From: Escherichia phage damhaus
Direction: 5' to 3' (one strand)
Sequence record: NC_049827.1
DNA: 51,154 bases
The notes beneath the pieces were generated by a model. It was not told the origin of the DNA, made no database searches, and saw only the letters and a list, made by a program, of their open reading frames with translations. Positions 1 to 11,300 of the stretch are shown piece after piece. The position numbers and the translations under genes are program-made. Position 1 is the first letter of the stretch. The number at the start of each line of letters is the position of its first letter.

Positions 1-31
1 AGCGCCCTTTGTCATATCTGGAGGAAACACA

Positions 32-448
32 ATGGTTGATGAATTTTTCACTGACGCAGAAATCACGCAGCAAATCGTGAAATTAGCGCCACCGATGAAG
101 CAGATTGATCCAGATTTAATGGTGGCATGGATTGGGCTTGCAAAGGAATTTGTTTGCAAGAAGCGGTTTAAAGAATCATATCCCAAAGCGGTTGCTCTTT
201 ATACGTTGCACCTTATGACGCTTGACGGAGCGATGAAACAGGAAGGGGAAAGCGTAGAGAGTTACTCACGGCGCGTGGCGTCATTTTCCCTGACTGGTGA
301 ATTTAGCCAGACATTTGATCGTGTTTCCAGTGATTCAAGCGGAAAAGAGATCAGGCAAACTCCGTGGGGTAAAATGTATGAAACGTTAAATCGCAAAAAA
401 GGCGGCGGATTTGGTCTTGTGACTGGATTTAGGAGACGTTGCAAATGA
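32..448 (+). CDS. virion structural protein, putative head-tail connector/adaptor
   Basis: 138-aa ORF with GGAGG RBS; first of four short coupled ORFs upstream of the major tail protein gene; function inferred from position. Confidence 0.55.
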   Translation: MVDEFFTDAEITQQIVKLAPPMKQIDPDLMVAWIGLAKEFVCKKRFKESYPKAVALYTLHLMTLDGAMKQEGESVESYSRRVASFSLTGEFSQTFDRVSSDSSGKEIRQTPWGKMYETLNRKKGGGFGLVTGFRRRCK

Positions 449-816
449 ACTATAACGAGATCGCAAGAATGGCAACAGAAGGAATTAACTTCTTTAGTGA
501 TGGCAATGGTGAGTTTAAGTGCATAACGCAGCGTGGAAGCGTTGAAATCATCGGAGGCGAAGAAGTAGAAAAGCCAGAGATCAGTGTAATGATTAAGGGT
601 TTAATTCGCTCCCCAAAAGTACGCGAGATTGACGGCGAGACAATACGAGTAACCGATAAGTTGGGAGTTTTTAACAACAAGGTTGAAATTAAGAACGGGT
701 ATCATATTGATGTTGATGGTGAATTATATGTTGTAGTTGAAGCAAGACCAATCAGACAAACCAATGTCACTGTTGCTTATCGGCCTATTTTGAGAAGGAT
801 TTCTGTACATGGCTAA
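445..816 (+). CDS. putative head-tail joining protein
   Basis: ATG at 445 overlaps upstream stop (ATGA) with AGGAG RBS; track start 439 is a TTG; position in neck gene block. Confidence 0.5.
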   Translation: MNYNEIARMATEGINFFSDGNGEFKCITQRGSVEIIGGEEVEKPEISVMIKGLIRSPKVREIDGETIRVTDKLGVFNNKVEIKNGYHIDVDGELYVVVEARPIRQTNVTVAYRPILRRISVHG

Positions 817-1252
817 AAACTACACGATAAGGGAATTTCACGGCAACATTGATGCGTGGATAAACGCCGTTGATAGTGGACTAAAAGATTGCGTGGAGTT
901 ATTCGCCGAAAAAGTACACACAGATTTGGTTAAGCGTTCTCCGGTAGATACTGGTCGTTACCGTGGAAACTGGCAGGTAACAGCAAATAAGCCGCCATTG
1001 TATGCGCTTAACCAGTACGATAAGCACGGCGACAAAACGATCGCGGAAGGTAAGCGAGCTATATACGCAATATTGAGAGGTGGCGGAGCGGTAAGGGCTA
1101 TTTATTTTTCAAATATGCTTATTTACGCTAACGCGCTTGAATACGGTCATTCAAAACAAGCGCCAGCTGGTGTGCTTGGTATTGTTGCCGTGAAGTTGCG
1201 TTCATATATGGCTGAAGCAATAAAAGAGTCGAGGGCTAAAAATGCACTATGA
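809..1252 (+). CDS. putative neck / tail completion protein
   Basis: 147-aa ORF overlapping neighbours, in the block preceding the major tail gene. Confidence 0.5.
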   Translation: MAKNYTIREFHGNIDAWINAVDSGLKDCVELFAEKVHTDLVKRSPVDTGRYRGNWQVTANKPPLYALNQYDKHGDKTIAEGKRAIYAILRGGGAVRAIYFSNMLIYANALEYGHSKQAPAGVLGIVAVKLRSYMAEAIKESRAKNAL

Positions 1253-1640
1253 ATTAATGCTATCGGCGCGTAAGGCGCTGGCGACTGAATACGAGAGCAG
1301 ATTCACGATCGCTTATGAAAACGTAGAGTTTACGCCACCTGGTGACGGTTCGCCGTGGTTGAAGTTTGACTATGCCGAAGTTGACACAGAATACTTGTCA
1401 TTGGATCGAAAATGCGTTTCATATATCGGAATGATTCAGGTTGGCATTGTGTTTCCACCAGGTTACGGAACTGACAGGCCGCGCGCTCTAGCTAAAGAGA
1501 TTGCGCAATTCTTTTACGATGGTAAAATGCTGGAGCATGGTTATATATATGAGGGTGCAAGAGTTCACAAGCCGCTCAAGAGTGAAAGCGGTTGGCTTCT
1601 CCCTATAAGGTTTTATGTTCGAATTGAAACAAAGGAGTAA
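1242..1640 (+). CDS. putative tail terminator-like protein
   Basis: 132-aa ORF immediately upstream of the major tail protein gene; positional inference. Confidence 0.45.
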   Translation: MHYELMLSARKALATEYESRFTIAYENVEFTPPGDGSPWLKFDYAEVDTEYLSLDRKCVSYIGMIQVGIVFPPGYGTDRPRALAKEIAQFFYDGKMLEHGYIYEGARVHKPLKSESGWLLPIRFYVRIETKE

Positions 1641-1645
1641 AAATT

Positions 1646-2308
1646 ATGCATTTACCAAATGGATCGCAAATTTTCGTTGAGAGCAATCGCGGAAGCGCTA
1701 TTGAGGCAACGGCAGTATCAAACGCTAAAGATCCTGTATTCACCGTTGCATCTGGCGGAACTGCGTACAAGAAAGGTGATTATGTTATCATCACTGCGTC
1801 TTCTTGGGGTAAGCTGATTGATCGTGTTATGCGTGTAAAGACTAACGGTGAAGAAACAAGCGTAACTCTTGAGGGTGTTGATACTACCGATCAGAACGTG
1901 TTCCCGACTGGCGGCACTGCATCTTTTGCCAAGATTGATGCATGGACGGAGATCCCTTGCGTTCAGGATTTGTCGCAGGACGGCGGCGAACAGCAATACT
2001 ATACTTATCAGTGTTTGGCAGACGACCAGGAACAGCAGTTACCTACCTATAAGAGCGCCGTTTCTCTGACCTACACTTTTGCGCACGAATACGATAACGC
2101 GATCTATCCGTTACTTCGTGCAGCAGATGAATCAGGCGAAGTGACCGCGCTTCGCATGTATGTACCGAAAGCGAAAGAGATGCGTTGCTGGGCTGGTGTC
2201 CTTTCGTTTAACGAGATCCCACAAACGACCGTTAACGAAATGGAAACTGTTTCCCTGTCTGTATCCCTGAAAGGTCGATTCACCTTCCTACCTTCTCAAG
2301 TAGCATAA
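1646..2308 (+). CDS. major tail protein
   Basis: 220-aa ORF with AAGGAG RBS, followed by a strong terminator and then chaperone and tape measure genes (lambda V-like position). Confidence 0.7.
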   Translation: MHLPNGSQIFVESNRGSAIEATAVSNAKDPVFTVASGGTAYKKGDYVIITASSWGKLIDRVMRVKTNGEETSVTLEGVDTTDQNVFPTGGTASFAKIDAWTEIPCVQDLSQDGGEQQYYTYQCLADDQEQQLPTYKSAVSLTYTFAHEYDNAIYPLLRAADESGEVTALRMYVPKAKEMRCWAGVLSFNEIPQTTVNEMETVSLSVSLKGRFTFLPSQVA

Positions 2309-2313
2309 TCACA

Positions 2314-2337
2314 AGGGGCGTTGCGCCCCTTTTTTTG
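2314..2337 (+). terminator. rho-independent terminator after major tail gene
   Basis: AGGGGCG-TTG-CGCCCCT hairpin followed by a T-run. Confidence 0.7.
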
Positions 2338-2375
2338 TTACTGTACAATCATGCTACACGATTCATAATCAATTC

Positions 2376-2394
2376 TTTTAACAAAAAGTGCTAT
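2376..2394 (-). promoter_or_regulatory. conserved intergenic box, inverted copy (late region)
   Basis: TTTTAACAAAAAGTGCTAT on + strand, reverse complement of the ATAGCACTTTTTGTTAAAA box; lies between a CATAAT hexamer and the chaperone RBS. Confidence 0.6.
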
Positions 2395-2407
2395 CAAGGA
2401 GAAAGAA

Positions 2408-2725
2408 ATGTCAAAAATGAAATTGACGATTGGGCCGCTTCCTGACTTTAAATTACCAGTGAAATTTGCAATGCCTAACGGAGAAGATCAAACAATTATC
2501 TTCACAGTTCGCCACCGCAAAACAAGTGAGATTCACGAGCGATACACGTCAGATACTCCAATGAGCGATGTTGAAATGATCACCTTCCTTGCTTCCGGTT
2601 GGAATCTTGATGATGAATTTAACGAAGAAAATATTAAACAGCTTCTTGATTACTACCCAGCAACAGCAATCGGATTAACTAGCGCATACATGAAAGCGCT
2701 TGCTGGGCAGCGAGTAAAAAACTAA
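2408..2725 (+). CDS. tail assembly chaperone (lambda G-like)
   Basis: 105-aa ORF directly upstream of tape measure gene; ends with slippery A_AAA_AAC before its stop. Confidence 0.7.
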   Translation: MSKMKLTIGPLPDFKLPVKFAMPNGEDQTIIFTVRHRKTSEIHERYTSDTPMSDVEMITFLASGWNLDDEFNEENIKQLLDYYPATAIGLTSAYMKALAGQRVKN

Positions 2726-3036
2726 AAAGGGCGGTTTACCTGTTTTATCAGAAACCGCCGACAGATGCAGAGCTTGAGGCCGTTGGCCTTACAAGGGCAG
2801 ACTATGAAGGAGAAGATCCGCCAGAGGTTATATTTGATGAAAGCATGATGCAATCATGGGATATATTTTGCGCAATGCAAACGCAATGGAGATGTTCTGG
2901 CGGTGGCGCTTACGGATTTGATTATAATGTCTTGCCTATGCTTTTTGAGATTTACAAGGTTGAGGATCGCGAGATGGCGCTAAACGACTTGCGAATCATG
3001 GAGCAAAAAGCACTTGAAATGATGCATTCAAAATAA
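2408..3036 (+). CDS. tail assembly chaperone frameshift fusion product (G-T-like), -1 PRF at 2716-2722
   Basis: -1 frame is open from about 2683 to the stop at 3034-3036; slippery heptamer A_AAA_AAC; 8-bp stem-loop begins about 7 nt downstream (about 2730-2759). Confidence 0.55.
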
Positions 3037-3057
3037 GCGCCTACGGGCGCTTTTTTA
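3036..3057 (+). terminator. rho-independent terminator-like hairpin
   Basis: GCGCC-TAC-GGGCGC hairpin plus T-run between chaperone T-frame stop and tape measure start. Confidence 0.55.
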
Positions 3058-3075
3058 TTACCTGGAGGATTAATA

Positions 3076-5748
3076 ATGTCAGAACAATACGCAGGCTTGA
3101 CGCTTGGGGTTGACGTTTCTCAACTCAACAATGCTGTAAAGTCTTTGCAGCAATTCAAGAAGGCAAACGACGACGCAAAGGGGAGCGTTGAGAGTTTTGT
3201 TGATTCAGAGGTTGTTGCAAGACAAAGAGCCAAACAACTGGCTGAGGAATTGGCAAAGCAGAAGCAAGAATTTAAAGCAATTCAGTCGGCAATAGATCCG
3301 ACAGCAAGCAAAATGGATAAGTTGCGCCAGGCTGCGACACAGCTTGATGCGCTTTGGAAAAAAGGAATTGTTCCTGATGACACATTCTTTGAATTAGGAT
3401 CAATTCTTGAGACGCAGCAAAATAAACTGATCGCAACTAAAAAGGCGCTAACTGAAGAAGGCCGCGCAGCGCTTGAGGAAGCAAAAAATAAGGCAAGAGC
3501 AGAGGCTGAGGCAAGAAAGTTCATTGCGGCATTGCAGGCGCAAGCTGACGCAGCGGAAAAAACAAAATCAGAGCTTGTAGAAATGAGAGCCGCACAACTT
3601 GGAGTTAGTGCAGAGGCCGCGCCATTTATTGCAAAAATGAAGGAGCAGGAAAAACAAGCCTCAAAACTTGGCGTTTCTATGGGGCAGTACAAGCAAGCAA
3701 TGGCGCAATTGCCAATGCAGATTACTGACGTTGTTACTTCTCTTGCTTCAGGTATGCCAGTATGGATGATCGCAATCCAGCAGGGCGGGCAAATCAAGGA
3801 CTCATTTGGCGGTGTTGCTAACACGTTTAAAGCGCTAATGACATTTGTCACGCCTTTAAGTGTAGGAATTACGGCGCTGACTGGTGCTCTTGGTTATGCT
3901 GCATATAATGCATACAAAGCAAATGCACAACTGAAGGAGATCACAAAAACCGTTCAGGAGGCAACTGGTCTTTCTGGTGATTTTGCGGAGCGGATTGCAA
4001 CTGGAATCCAGGCGCTATCTGACAAGACAGGTGAGAGCGCCGATAATCTGGCAAAGGCATACATAAGCACTAAGGATGGAGCAACCGAGGCCATACAAAA
4101 ACTCGTCGATGTTGGGTTTACCTATGACGAAGCAAAGGTAAAGGTAAACGAATACAAGAATGCATCAAGTTTTGTAAGTCTCAACAATGAGATTGCTGAT
4201 CACAAAAACAAGGTTCTTGAGCTTGGCGATTCGTGGTATGAAGTCTTAAAAGCGAAGAATGATTATGCTTCACCGTCCGGCGGGCTGTTGGGGAAAGAGC
4301 TTGGTTATGTAAATCCTATGTTGCAATTTGCGAAGAACACCTATGAGGATATAGGAAAGATCGTAAAAGATGCGAATAAGGATATGGCGGAACGAGCAGC
4401 ACGCATCGACAGAGAAAATCTTTCCTTAAACAGAGTTCGAGCGGCGCAAGAGGCTTTAAACAAAGCCATAGAGGATCAGAAAAATGTAGCAAGGACAGCA
4501 GACGAAGAGTTGAAAAAACGAGCAGCCGAGAACGTGGAGTTCAGGCGAAAAGAGCTTGAAGAGGCGAAGAAGGCGCAGCAGCAAAAGGAAAAAGTTGGTG
4601 GAGTTGTAAAAGCACCAACAGAGAAGCTTGATAAGGAGCTATATGTTCTCAAAGCGCAACTTGAAACACTAAAAGAGCACAGGACTGTAAATGATGTTAT
4701 TTCACGCCAGAGGCAATCTTTGTGGAGCATTGAAAAGCAGATCCAGATCCTAGAGGAAGCGCAAAGCAAACGTAAGCTGACAAAAGCGGAACAGGCGTTA
4801 CTAAACGAGCAAAAAACAGTTCTTGCTATGGCAAAAGAAAAGGCCGAGATAGGCGATCAGATTGTTTTGCAACAGAGAAAGAACAAGCAATACCAGGAAG
4901 GGCTAAAGTTCATTCAGCAAACTTCAGATGCCATTGATGCTATGAACTTGCGACAGTCTGGAGCTACAGATCTGCAAATCCAGCGAGAGCTTGAATTGAA
5001 AAAGTTGCGAACTGATTATGTTGCTGGCGGAGGTAGTATCGACGATGAAATTTATCAGCAGATGGAAGCAAAGCTGAAGGAGTATTACGCCACTGAGGAT
5101 CAGCTAAGAAATAACTGGATTGCAGGAGCAAAAAACGCATGGGAGGTTTACGGACAAGATGCAATGGATATGTACGGAAACGTGCAAGATATTGCAAGCG
5201 AGGCGCTCAACGGTCTAACCAACCAAATGGCTACATTCCTTGCAACAGGCAAGGCAAACTTTAAGAGCTTCGCAACGTCAATCATCCAAATGATTATCCA
5301 GATGATCACGAAGATGGTTATCTTTAATGCCATATCCGGTGCGGTTGGCGGTGACACTTGGACGATTGGAAGCCTTCTTAAAAATGTTGGATTTGCAACT
5401 GGTGGATACACTGGCGACGGCGGGAAGTATGAGCCAGCAGGTGTTGTCCATAAAGGCGAGTTTGTCATGACGAAGGAGGCCACGAAGCGGATCGGAGTTG
5501 GAAATCTTTACAAAATGATGCGCGGTTATGCAAATGGCGGCGTTGTTGGCGGCACTTCATACACTGGCGGCGGAGTTTCATCTGGAGCAACAAATCTTAA
5601 TATTGGCGGGATCAACGTTGATATTAACAACGGAAGCGATCCGAAAGGGTTGGAGACTGGCGTAAAAATGATTTTCACTGATATGATTAAGCGTTCCTGT
5701 ACGCAGGGTGGGGAAGTTTACGAATTTGTTATGTCTAAGCGGGGGTGA
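3076..5748 (+). CDS. tail tape measure protein
   Basis: 890-aa ORF, long coiled-coil-like charged/Ala-rich central region, glycine-rich C-terminal part; follows chaperone frameshift pair. Confidence 0.85.
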   Translation: MSEQYAGLTLGVDVSQLNNAVKSLQQFKKANDDAKGSVESFVDSEVVARQRAKQLAEELAKQKQEFKAIQSAIDPTASKMDKLRQAATQLDALWKKGIVPDDTFFELGSILETQQNKLIATKKALTEEGRAALEEAKNKARAEAEARKFIAALQAQADAAEKTKSELVEMRAAQLGVSAEAAPFIAKMKEQEKQASKLGVSMGQYKQAMAQLPMQITDVVTSLASGMPVWMIAIQQGGQIKDSFGGVANTFKALMTFVTPLSVGITALTGALGYAAYNAYKANAQLKEITKTVQEATGLSGDFAERIATGIQALSDKTGESADNLAKAYISTKDGATEAIQKLVDVGFTYDEAKVKVNEYKNASSFVSLNNEIADHKNKVLELGDSWYEVLKAKNDYASPSGGLLGKELGYVNPMLQFAKNTYEDIGKIVKDANKDMAERAARIDRENLSLNRVRAAQEALNKAIEDQKNVARTADEELKKRAAENVEFRRKELEEAKKAQQQKEKVGGVVKAPTEKLDKELYVLKAQLETLKEHRTVNDVISRQRQSLWSIEKQIQILEEAQSKRKLTKAEQALLNEQKTVLAMAKEKAEIGDQIVLQQRKNKQYQEGLKFIQQTSDAIDAMNLRQSGATDLQIQRELELKKLRTDYVAGGGSIDDEIYQQMEAKLKEYYATEDQLRNNWIAGAKNAWEVYGQDAMDMYGNVQDIASEALNGLTNQMATFLATGKANFKSFATSIIQMIIQMITKMVIFNAISGAVGGDTWTIGSLLKNVGFATGGYTGDGGKYEPAGVVHKGEFVMTKEATKRIGVGNLYKMMRGYANGGVVGGTSYTGGGVSSGATNLNIGGINVDINNGSDPKGLETGVKMIFTDMIKRSCTQGGEVYEFVMSKRG

Positions 5749-6101
5749 TAGTGAAACTTGAGCAATTTAAATGGTGTACGCAAACGCAAGGAGGCGGCGG
5801 CACTATGACCACATCAAATAACGACAGGGAAATCTCATTTGGTAATGGTTACACACAGGTTGCGTCAGGAGGGTTTAACACGGTACGCAGGGAGTTTTCC
5901 ATTGTCTATGTTGGCAAGGATTACAGAGACGTTGTTGACTTCCTGAATGGTCACAGGTTGAAGCCGTTTTTATGGTTTATGCCTGACGGTCAACCTGGTC
6001 TATTCAGGGTGAAATCCGGTAGTGTTGGATTAACGCCTGTATCAGCAACCGTTCAGGAAGTGAAAGCAACATTTACTGAGCAATTTACATCAATGCAATA
6101 A
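5745..6101 (+). CDS. minor tail protein (lambda M-like)
   Basis: 118-aa ORF starting at GTG overlapping tape measure stop; position in tail tip block. Confidence 0.6.
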   Translation: MIVKLEQFKWCTQTQGGGGTMTTSNNDREISFGNGYTQVASGGFNTVRREFSIVYVGKDYRDVVDFLNGHRLKPFLWFMPDGQPGLFRVKSGSVGLTPVSATVQEVKATFTEQFTSMQ

Positions 6102-6104
6102 TTC

Positions 6105-6129
6105 AAGCCGCCTTTGTGCGGCTTTTTTA
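6105..6129 (+). terminator. rho-independent terminator
   Basis: AGCCGC-loop-GCGGCT hairpin followed by TTTTTT. Confidence 0.65.
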
Positions 6130-6162
6130 TTGATGATACAATGCACGAAAGGAGGTGCAATT

Positions 6163-6924
6163 ATGGCTAATGAAACAACAGGTCGCGCAGATCTTGAAAA
6201 CTGTCTGCAAAGCCTTTACCCTGGCGAGATTATCACGCTAATTGAGATTGACGGTACAAAGTTTGGCGCAAACATTTACCGCATACACAATGAGAATATC
6301 TCATACACTGCGGAAGAATTATTGCAGGCGCGAGAAACTGGAGTTCTTCCGCCGAAAGAGATTACATTCCGTGGCGAGGTTTACGGCGCGCGCCCGTTCG
6401 GAATATCTGGAATCAACTTCACAAGCAACGGAAAGGCTGATAAGCCACAATTGATACTATCAAACCTTGATAGCCAGGTGAGCGCGATGATTCGCAACTT
6501 TAACGGCATGATGCAAGCTAAGGTTACAATCTGGATTACGCCAGCGGAATTAATGGGGAAAGATGGCAGCATTAAAGATGGAGCTTCAAGAAAGCTGGTT
6601 TACTACATTGAGCGCCCAAGCCATTACAATAGGATGATGGCAAAATTTGATCTGACATCGCCTTATGATATGGATGGAATAATGATTCCTCCGAGAATAA
6701 CTCAAAGCGTTTGTTATTGGGCGCAGCGTGGATGGTATCGCAGCGGAAAAGGTTGCGGATACAATGGATCGCGAATGTTTGACAAAGACAACAATCCTGT
6801 AACCGATCCATCTCAAGACTTTTGCGCCGGAACTGTAACCGCGTGCAAACTTCGTTTTGGTGCAGATAAGCAGCTTGATTTTGGAGGTGCACCAGTAGCA
6901 AGCCTGTTAAGGAGAAATCAGTGA
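6163..6924 (+). CDS. minor tail protein (lambda L-like)
   Basis: ATG at 6163 with AGGAGG RBS (track start 6130 is TTG); 253 aa; position between M-like and K-like genes. Confidence 0.6.
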   Translation: MANETTGRADLENCLQSLYPGEIITLIEIDGTKFGANIYRIHNENISYTAEELLQARETGVLPPKEITFRGEVYGARPFGISGINFTSNGKADKPQLILSNLDSQVSAMIRNFNGMMQAKVTIWITPAELMGKDGSIKDGASRKLVYYIERPSHYNRMMAKFDLTSPYDMDGIMIPPRITQSVCYWAQRGWYRSGKGCGYNGSRMFDKDNNPVTDPSQDFCAGTVTACKLRFGADKQLDFGGAPVASLLRRNQ

Positions 6925-7655
6925 TGATTAGTGCAAAAATTAAACTTGAAATAATGCAGCACGTAAAAGATGAATACCCGCGCGAGGCTTGCGGTGTTAT
7001 CACTCAAAAATCACGCGTGCAAAAATACCACCGCATAACCAACGTGCATGATGATCCTGAAAATCATTTTGAGATGGACGCAATTGAATACGTTGAAGCG
7101 TGCGAAAGTGGCGAGCTTATTGCTGTTGTGCATAGCCACACTGGAGACGGGGCAAGTACAATCCCAAGCGCCCATGATACATGCATGTGTGATGAAATGG
7201 GTGTTTCATGGGTTATTGTGTCATGGCCCGAAGGTGATATGAGAATAATTGAGCCTGAATCTCGTCCTCTGATTGGTCGCCCGTGGTCGCTTGGTGCGTA
7301 TGATTGCTGGGGGCTTATTATGGAATGGCACAAGCAACATGGAGTTATCCTGAATGATTTCAGGAAACCATATGAATGGTGGAAGCCTGAGCACGGTGAA
7401 AATCTTTATCAAGAAAATTATCTGAAAGAGGGTTTTGTTGAAACAGGAGAGCCGCCAAAACCTGGTGATATGGTTATCTTTCAGCTTTCCGCGCCAGTGT
7501 GGAATCATGCAGGCATTTATCTTGGCAACAATCAGTTGCTTCATCATGCCTTTGGTAAGTTGTCGAGGGTTGATTTGTATTCTGGATGGTATCAGGAACA
7601 TGCAAAAATGGTTTGTAGACATAAGGATCTGAAATATGACTTTGAAGGTGATTAA
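6924..7655 (+). CDS. tail assembly protein (lambda K-like; MPN/JAMM plus NlpC/P60-like motifs)
   Basis: JAMM-like HSHTGDGASTIPSAHD motif and downstream Cys/His (DCWGL...H) typical of K-family tail proteins. Confidence 0.75.
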   Translation: MISAKIKLEIMQHVKDEYPREACGVITQKSRVQKYHRITNVHDDPENHFEMDAIEYVEACESGELIAVVHSHTGDGASTIPSAHDTCMCDEMGVSWVIVSWPEGDMRIIEPESRPLIGRPWSLGAYDCWGLIMEWHKQHGVILNDFRKPYEWWKPEHGENLYQENYLKEGFVETGEPPKPGDMVIFQLSAPVWNHAGIYLGNNQLLHHAFGKLSRVDLYSGWYQEHAKMVCRHKDLKYDFEGD

Positions 7656-8232
7656 ATTATCTGGATCTTTAGGGCGAAGATTTGGTGTATTTCATAAGAT
7701 GGCTGTTGACTCATACCCTGAAGCAATCCGTGCGCTATCTTCGCAGGTGGAAGGATTCAAGGACTACATGCAAAGCGAAGTAGGATCGCGAATGCGTTAT
7801 GCTGTATTTGTTGACGGTAATAATGTAGGACAGCACGACGAAAAAGCGTGGCAATGCGCAAAGGAAGTGAGGATTATTCCAATCCCAACAGGTTCAAAGT
7901 CTGGCGGGTTGTTTCAGGTTGTTCTTGGCGCGGTTATTATGGCGACTGCATTTTTCACTGGCGGCGCTTCACTTGCGTTGATGGGTGCTTTTGCATCGTC
8001 TGCTTTCATGATGGGTGGAGCCATGGTACTTGGCGGAGTAATGCAAATGATCTCACCTCAGCAAGGAGGATCAAGATTGTCATCCCAATCAGCAGAAAAC
8101 AAGCCGTCTTATGCTTTCGGTGGCGCTGTTAACACAACGGCAGCAGGATACCCAATACCATTGCCATATGGTAAAAGGACCGTCGGCGGAGCTATCTGGT
8201 CGGCTGGCAGCTATGCAGAGGATAAGGCTTAA
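7636..8232 (+). CDS. tail assembly protein (lambda I-like)
   Basis: 198-aa ORF with hydrophobic Gly/Ala-rich C-terminal half, between K-like and J-like genes. Confidence 0.6.
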   Translation: MTLKVIKLSGSLGRRFGVFHKMAVDSYPEAIRALSSQVEGFKDYMQSEVGSRMRYAVFVDGNNVGQHDEKAWQCAKEVRIIPIPTGSKSGGLFQVVLGAVIMATAFFTGGASLALMGAFASSAFMMGGAMVLGGVMQMISPQQGGSRLSSQSAENKPSYAFGGAVNTTAAGYPIPLPYGKRTVGGAIWSAGSYAEDKA

Positions 8233-8240
8233 TATAAAAG

Positions 8241-8267
8241 AGTCGCGCGTTGCGCGGCTTTTTTTTT
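8241..8267 (+). terminator. rho-independent terminator-like hairpin
   Basis: GC-rich imperfect hairpin followed by a T-run of about 9. Confidence 0.5.
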
Positions 8268-8313
8268 GCCCGTATAATTCAACAAATCAAATAGCACAAA
8301 AGGTGAAAAAAGC

Positions 8314-11300
8314 ATGGCTGAAAATATGATAACGGGAAGTAAGGGCGGATCATCAAAACCTTATGTTCCGAAAGAGATGGAAGATAACCTGATCTCAATC
8401 AACAAAATCAAAATCCTTCTTGCCGTTTCCGATGGCGAGTGCGATCCAGATTTTACACTTCGCGATCTGTATCTTGATGATGTTCCGGTAATTGCAGACG
8501 ACGGAACTGTTAACTACAAGGGTGTGAAAGCTGAATTTCGACCTGGAACGCAGACGCAAGATTACATCCAGGGGTTTACTGACACATCAAGCGAAGTGAC
8601 GCTGGCGCGTGACATTACGACGACAAATCCTTATGTAATTTCCGTAACCAACAAAACATTATCGGCTATCAGAATCAAAATGCTAATGCCAACAGGCATT
8701 AAGCAAGAGGATAACGGCGATCTTGTCGGCGTTAAGGTTACTTATGCTGTTGATATGGCTGTTGACGGAGACTCTTACAAAGAAGTATTGCGAGACACTA
8801 TCGAAGGTAAAACGCGTTCAGGTTACGACAGAAGCCGAAGGATTGACCTTCCGGCATTTAATGATCGCGTATTACTTAGGGTTAGAAGGGTTACGGCAGA
8901 CAGCGCATCTTCTCGCGTTACTGATCTGATTAAGCTACAAAGTTACGCTGAGGTTATTGATGCAAAATTCCGTTATCCTCTGACTGGTCTTGTATACGTT
9001 GAATTTGACAGTGAGTTGTTCCCTAACCAGATCCCTAACATTTCAATCAAGAAGAAATGGAAGTTGATTAATGTTCCGAGCAATTACGATCCGGTAATGC
9101 GAGAGTATCACGGTTCATGGAATGGCACGTTCAAGAAAGCGTGGTCGAACAATCCGGCGTGGGTACTTTATGACATTATCACAAACCAGCGATACGGATT
9201 AGATCAGCGAGAGCTTGGTGTGCAGGTTGACAAATGGAGTCTTTACGAAGCGGCTCAATACTGCGATCAGAAAGTGCCGGACGGAAAAGGCGGCACAGAG
9301 CCGCGTTATCTATGCGACGTTGTGATTCAAAGTCAGATTGAGGCTTATCAGCTTATTCGTGATATTTGCTCAATCTTCCGAGGCATGAGCTTTTGGAATG
9401 GAGAGAGCTTGTCAATCGTCATTGATAAGCCGCGCGATCCGTCGTACATCTTCACAAATGACAATGTTGTTGATGGTGATTTTCAGTACACAACAGCAAG
9501 TGAAAAGAGCATGTACACGCAGTGCAACGTGACTTTCGATGACGAACAAAACATGTATCAACAGGACGTAGAGGGTGTATTCGACACAGAGGCCGCATTG
9601 CGCTTTGGATACAATCCTACAAGCATAACCGCGATCGGATGTACACGCAGGAGTGAGGCAAATCGGCGCGGTCGATGGATACTAAAAACCAACTTGCGCA
9701 GCACTACGGTAAACTTTGCTACTGGACTGGAAGGCATGATCCCATCAATAGGTGATGTGATTGCTATTGCTGACAATTTTCACAGCAGCAACCTTAAATT
9801 AAACCTATCAGGGCGCGTGATGGAAGTTTCCGGCTTGCAGGTATTCGTTCCGTTTAAGATTGATGCTAGACCAGGTGATTTCATTATCATCAACAAGCCG
9901 GACGGTAAGCCAGTTAAGCGCACAATCTCAAAGGTAAGCGGTGACGGAAAAACCATTGAGCTAAACATAGGGTTTGGGTTTGAAGTTAAGCCGGATACAG
10001 TTTTTGCAATCGACCGCACTGATATTGCATTGCAGCAATACGTTGTTACGTCTATCAGCAAAGGTGATGATGAGGATGAATTTACATACTCCATCACGGC
10101 TGTTGAATATGATCCTAACAAATACGACGAGATTGATTACGGAGTAAACATTGACGACAGGCCAACTTCAATTGTCCAGCCTGACACGATGGCAGCACCG
10201 GAAAACGTGCAAATATCCTCATACTCGCGAATTGTCCAGGGTGCAAGCGTTGAAACAATGGTTGTGTCGTGGGATAAAGTACCTTACGCATCACTGTATG
10301 AAATGCAATGGCGTAAAGGCGATGGCAACTGGCTGAATACACCACAGACCGCAAACAAAGAAATTGAGGTTGAAGGTATTTATTCAGGAAACTACCAGGT
10401 AAGGGTGAGATCTGTTTCTGCTTCCGGTTCGACTTCGCCGTGGTCCAGAATTGTGACAGCTTCACTGACTGGTAAGGTAGGAGAGCCAGGCGCGCCAGTT
10501 AACTTAACCGCATCCGACAATGAAGTTTTTGGCATTCGTGTTAAGTGGGGGATGCCAGAAGGGAGCGGAGACACGGCATACATTGAGCTTCATCAGTCGC
10601 CGGATGGAACGGCTGAAAACTCAAGCCTGCTAACGCTGATCCCGTATCCACAATATGAATACTGGCATGGAACGCTTCCGGCTGGTCATGTTGTATGGTA
10701 TCGGATCAGGAGCGTAGACAGGATCGGCAACGTTTCCGGTTGGACTGATTTTGTTAGAGGTATGGCTTCAGATGATGTGGAGGCTGTTTTAGGAGATATT
10801 CTTGACAAGATTTTTGATACTGAAGCAGGTCAGGATCTGAAAGAGAACGCCATTGACAGTGCAAACAAGATAAAGGACCAGGCGCAAGCAATCATCCAGA
10901 ATGCTCTTGCTAATGATGCTGATATTAAGTGGACGCGAGTACAAAACGGAAAGAGAAAGGCTGAATATGGTCACGCTCTTGAGCTTATAGCCACAGAGAC
11001 TGAGGCACGAGTTACGCAGATTGAAGAATTGAGGGCGTCAATAGACGAGGATATTGTTTCAAGCATAAAGACAGTGCAGGAGGCTATCGCCACAGAATCT
11101 GAAACGCGAGCAACTCAAATAAACGCTTTGGATTCAAAATTCACAACTGAAATTGACGGCGTAAAACGCGATACAGCAGCAAGCATTAATCAGGTGAATC
11201 AAACAATTGCCAACGAATCTGAAGCGCGAGCGCAGGCCGTTAACGCTCTTGATGCGAAGTTCACAAAGGAGATCGAAGATTTAAACGGAGTTATTAAGAC

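Noticed and set aside
3282-3851. Antisense ORFs inside the tape measure gene (also 4476-4769, 4964-5197, 5148-5483)
   Set aside because: They lie antisense within a long, well-supported gene, have low-complexity Ala/Ser-rich translations and no RBS; typical artefacts of coiled-coil coding sequence.
8723-10583. Several 60-116 aa ORFs on both strands inside the J-like gene
   Set aside because: All are embedded in a long, continuous, well-supported ORF and lack RBS and coding features.
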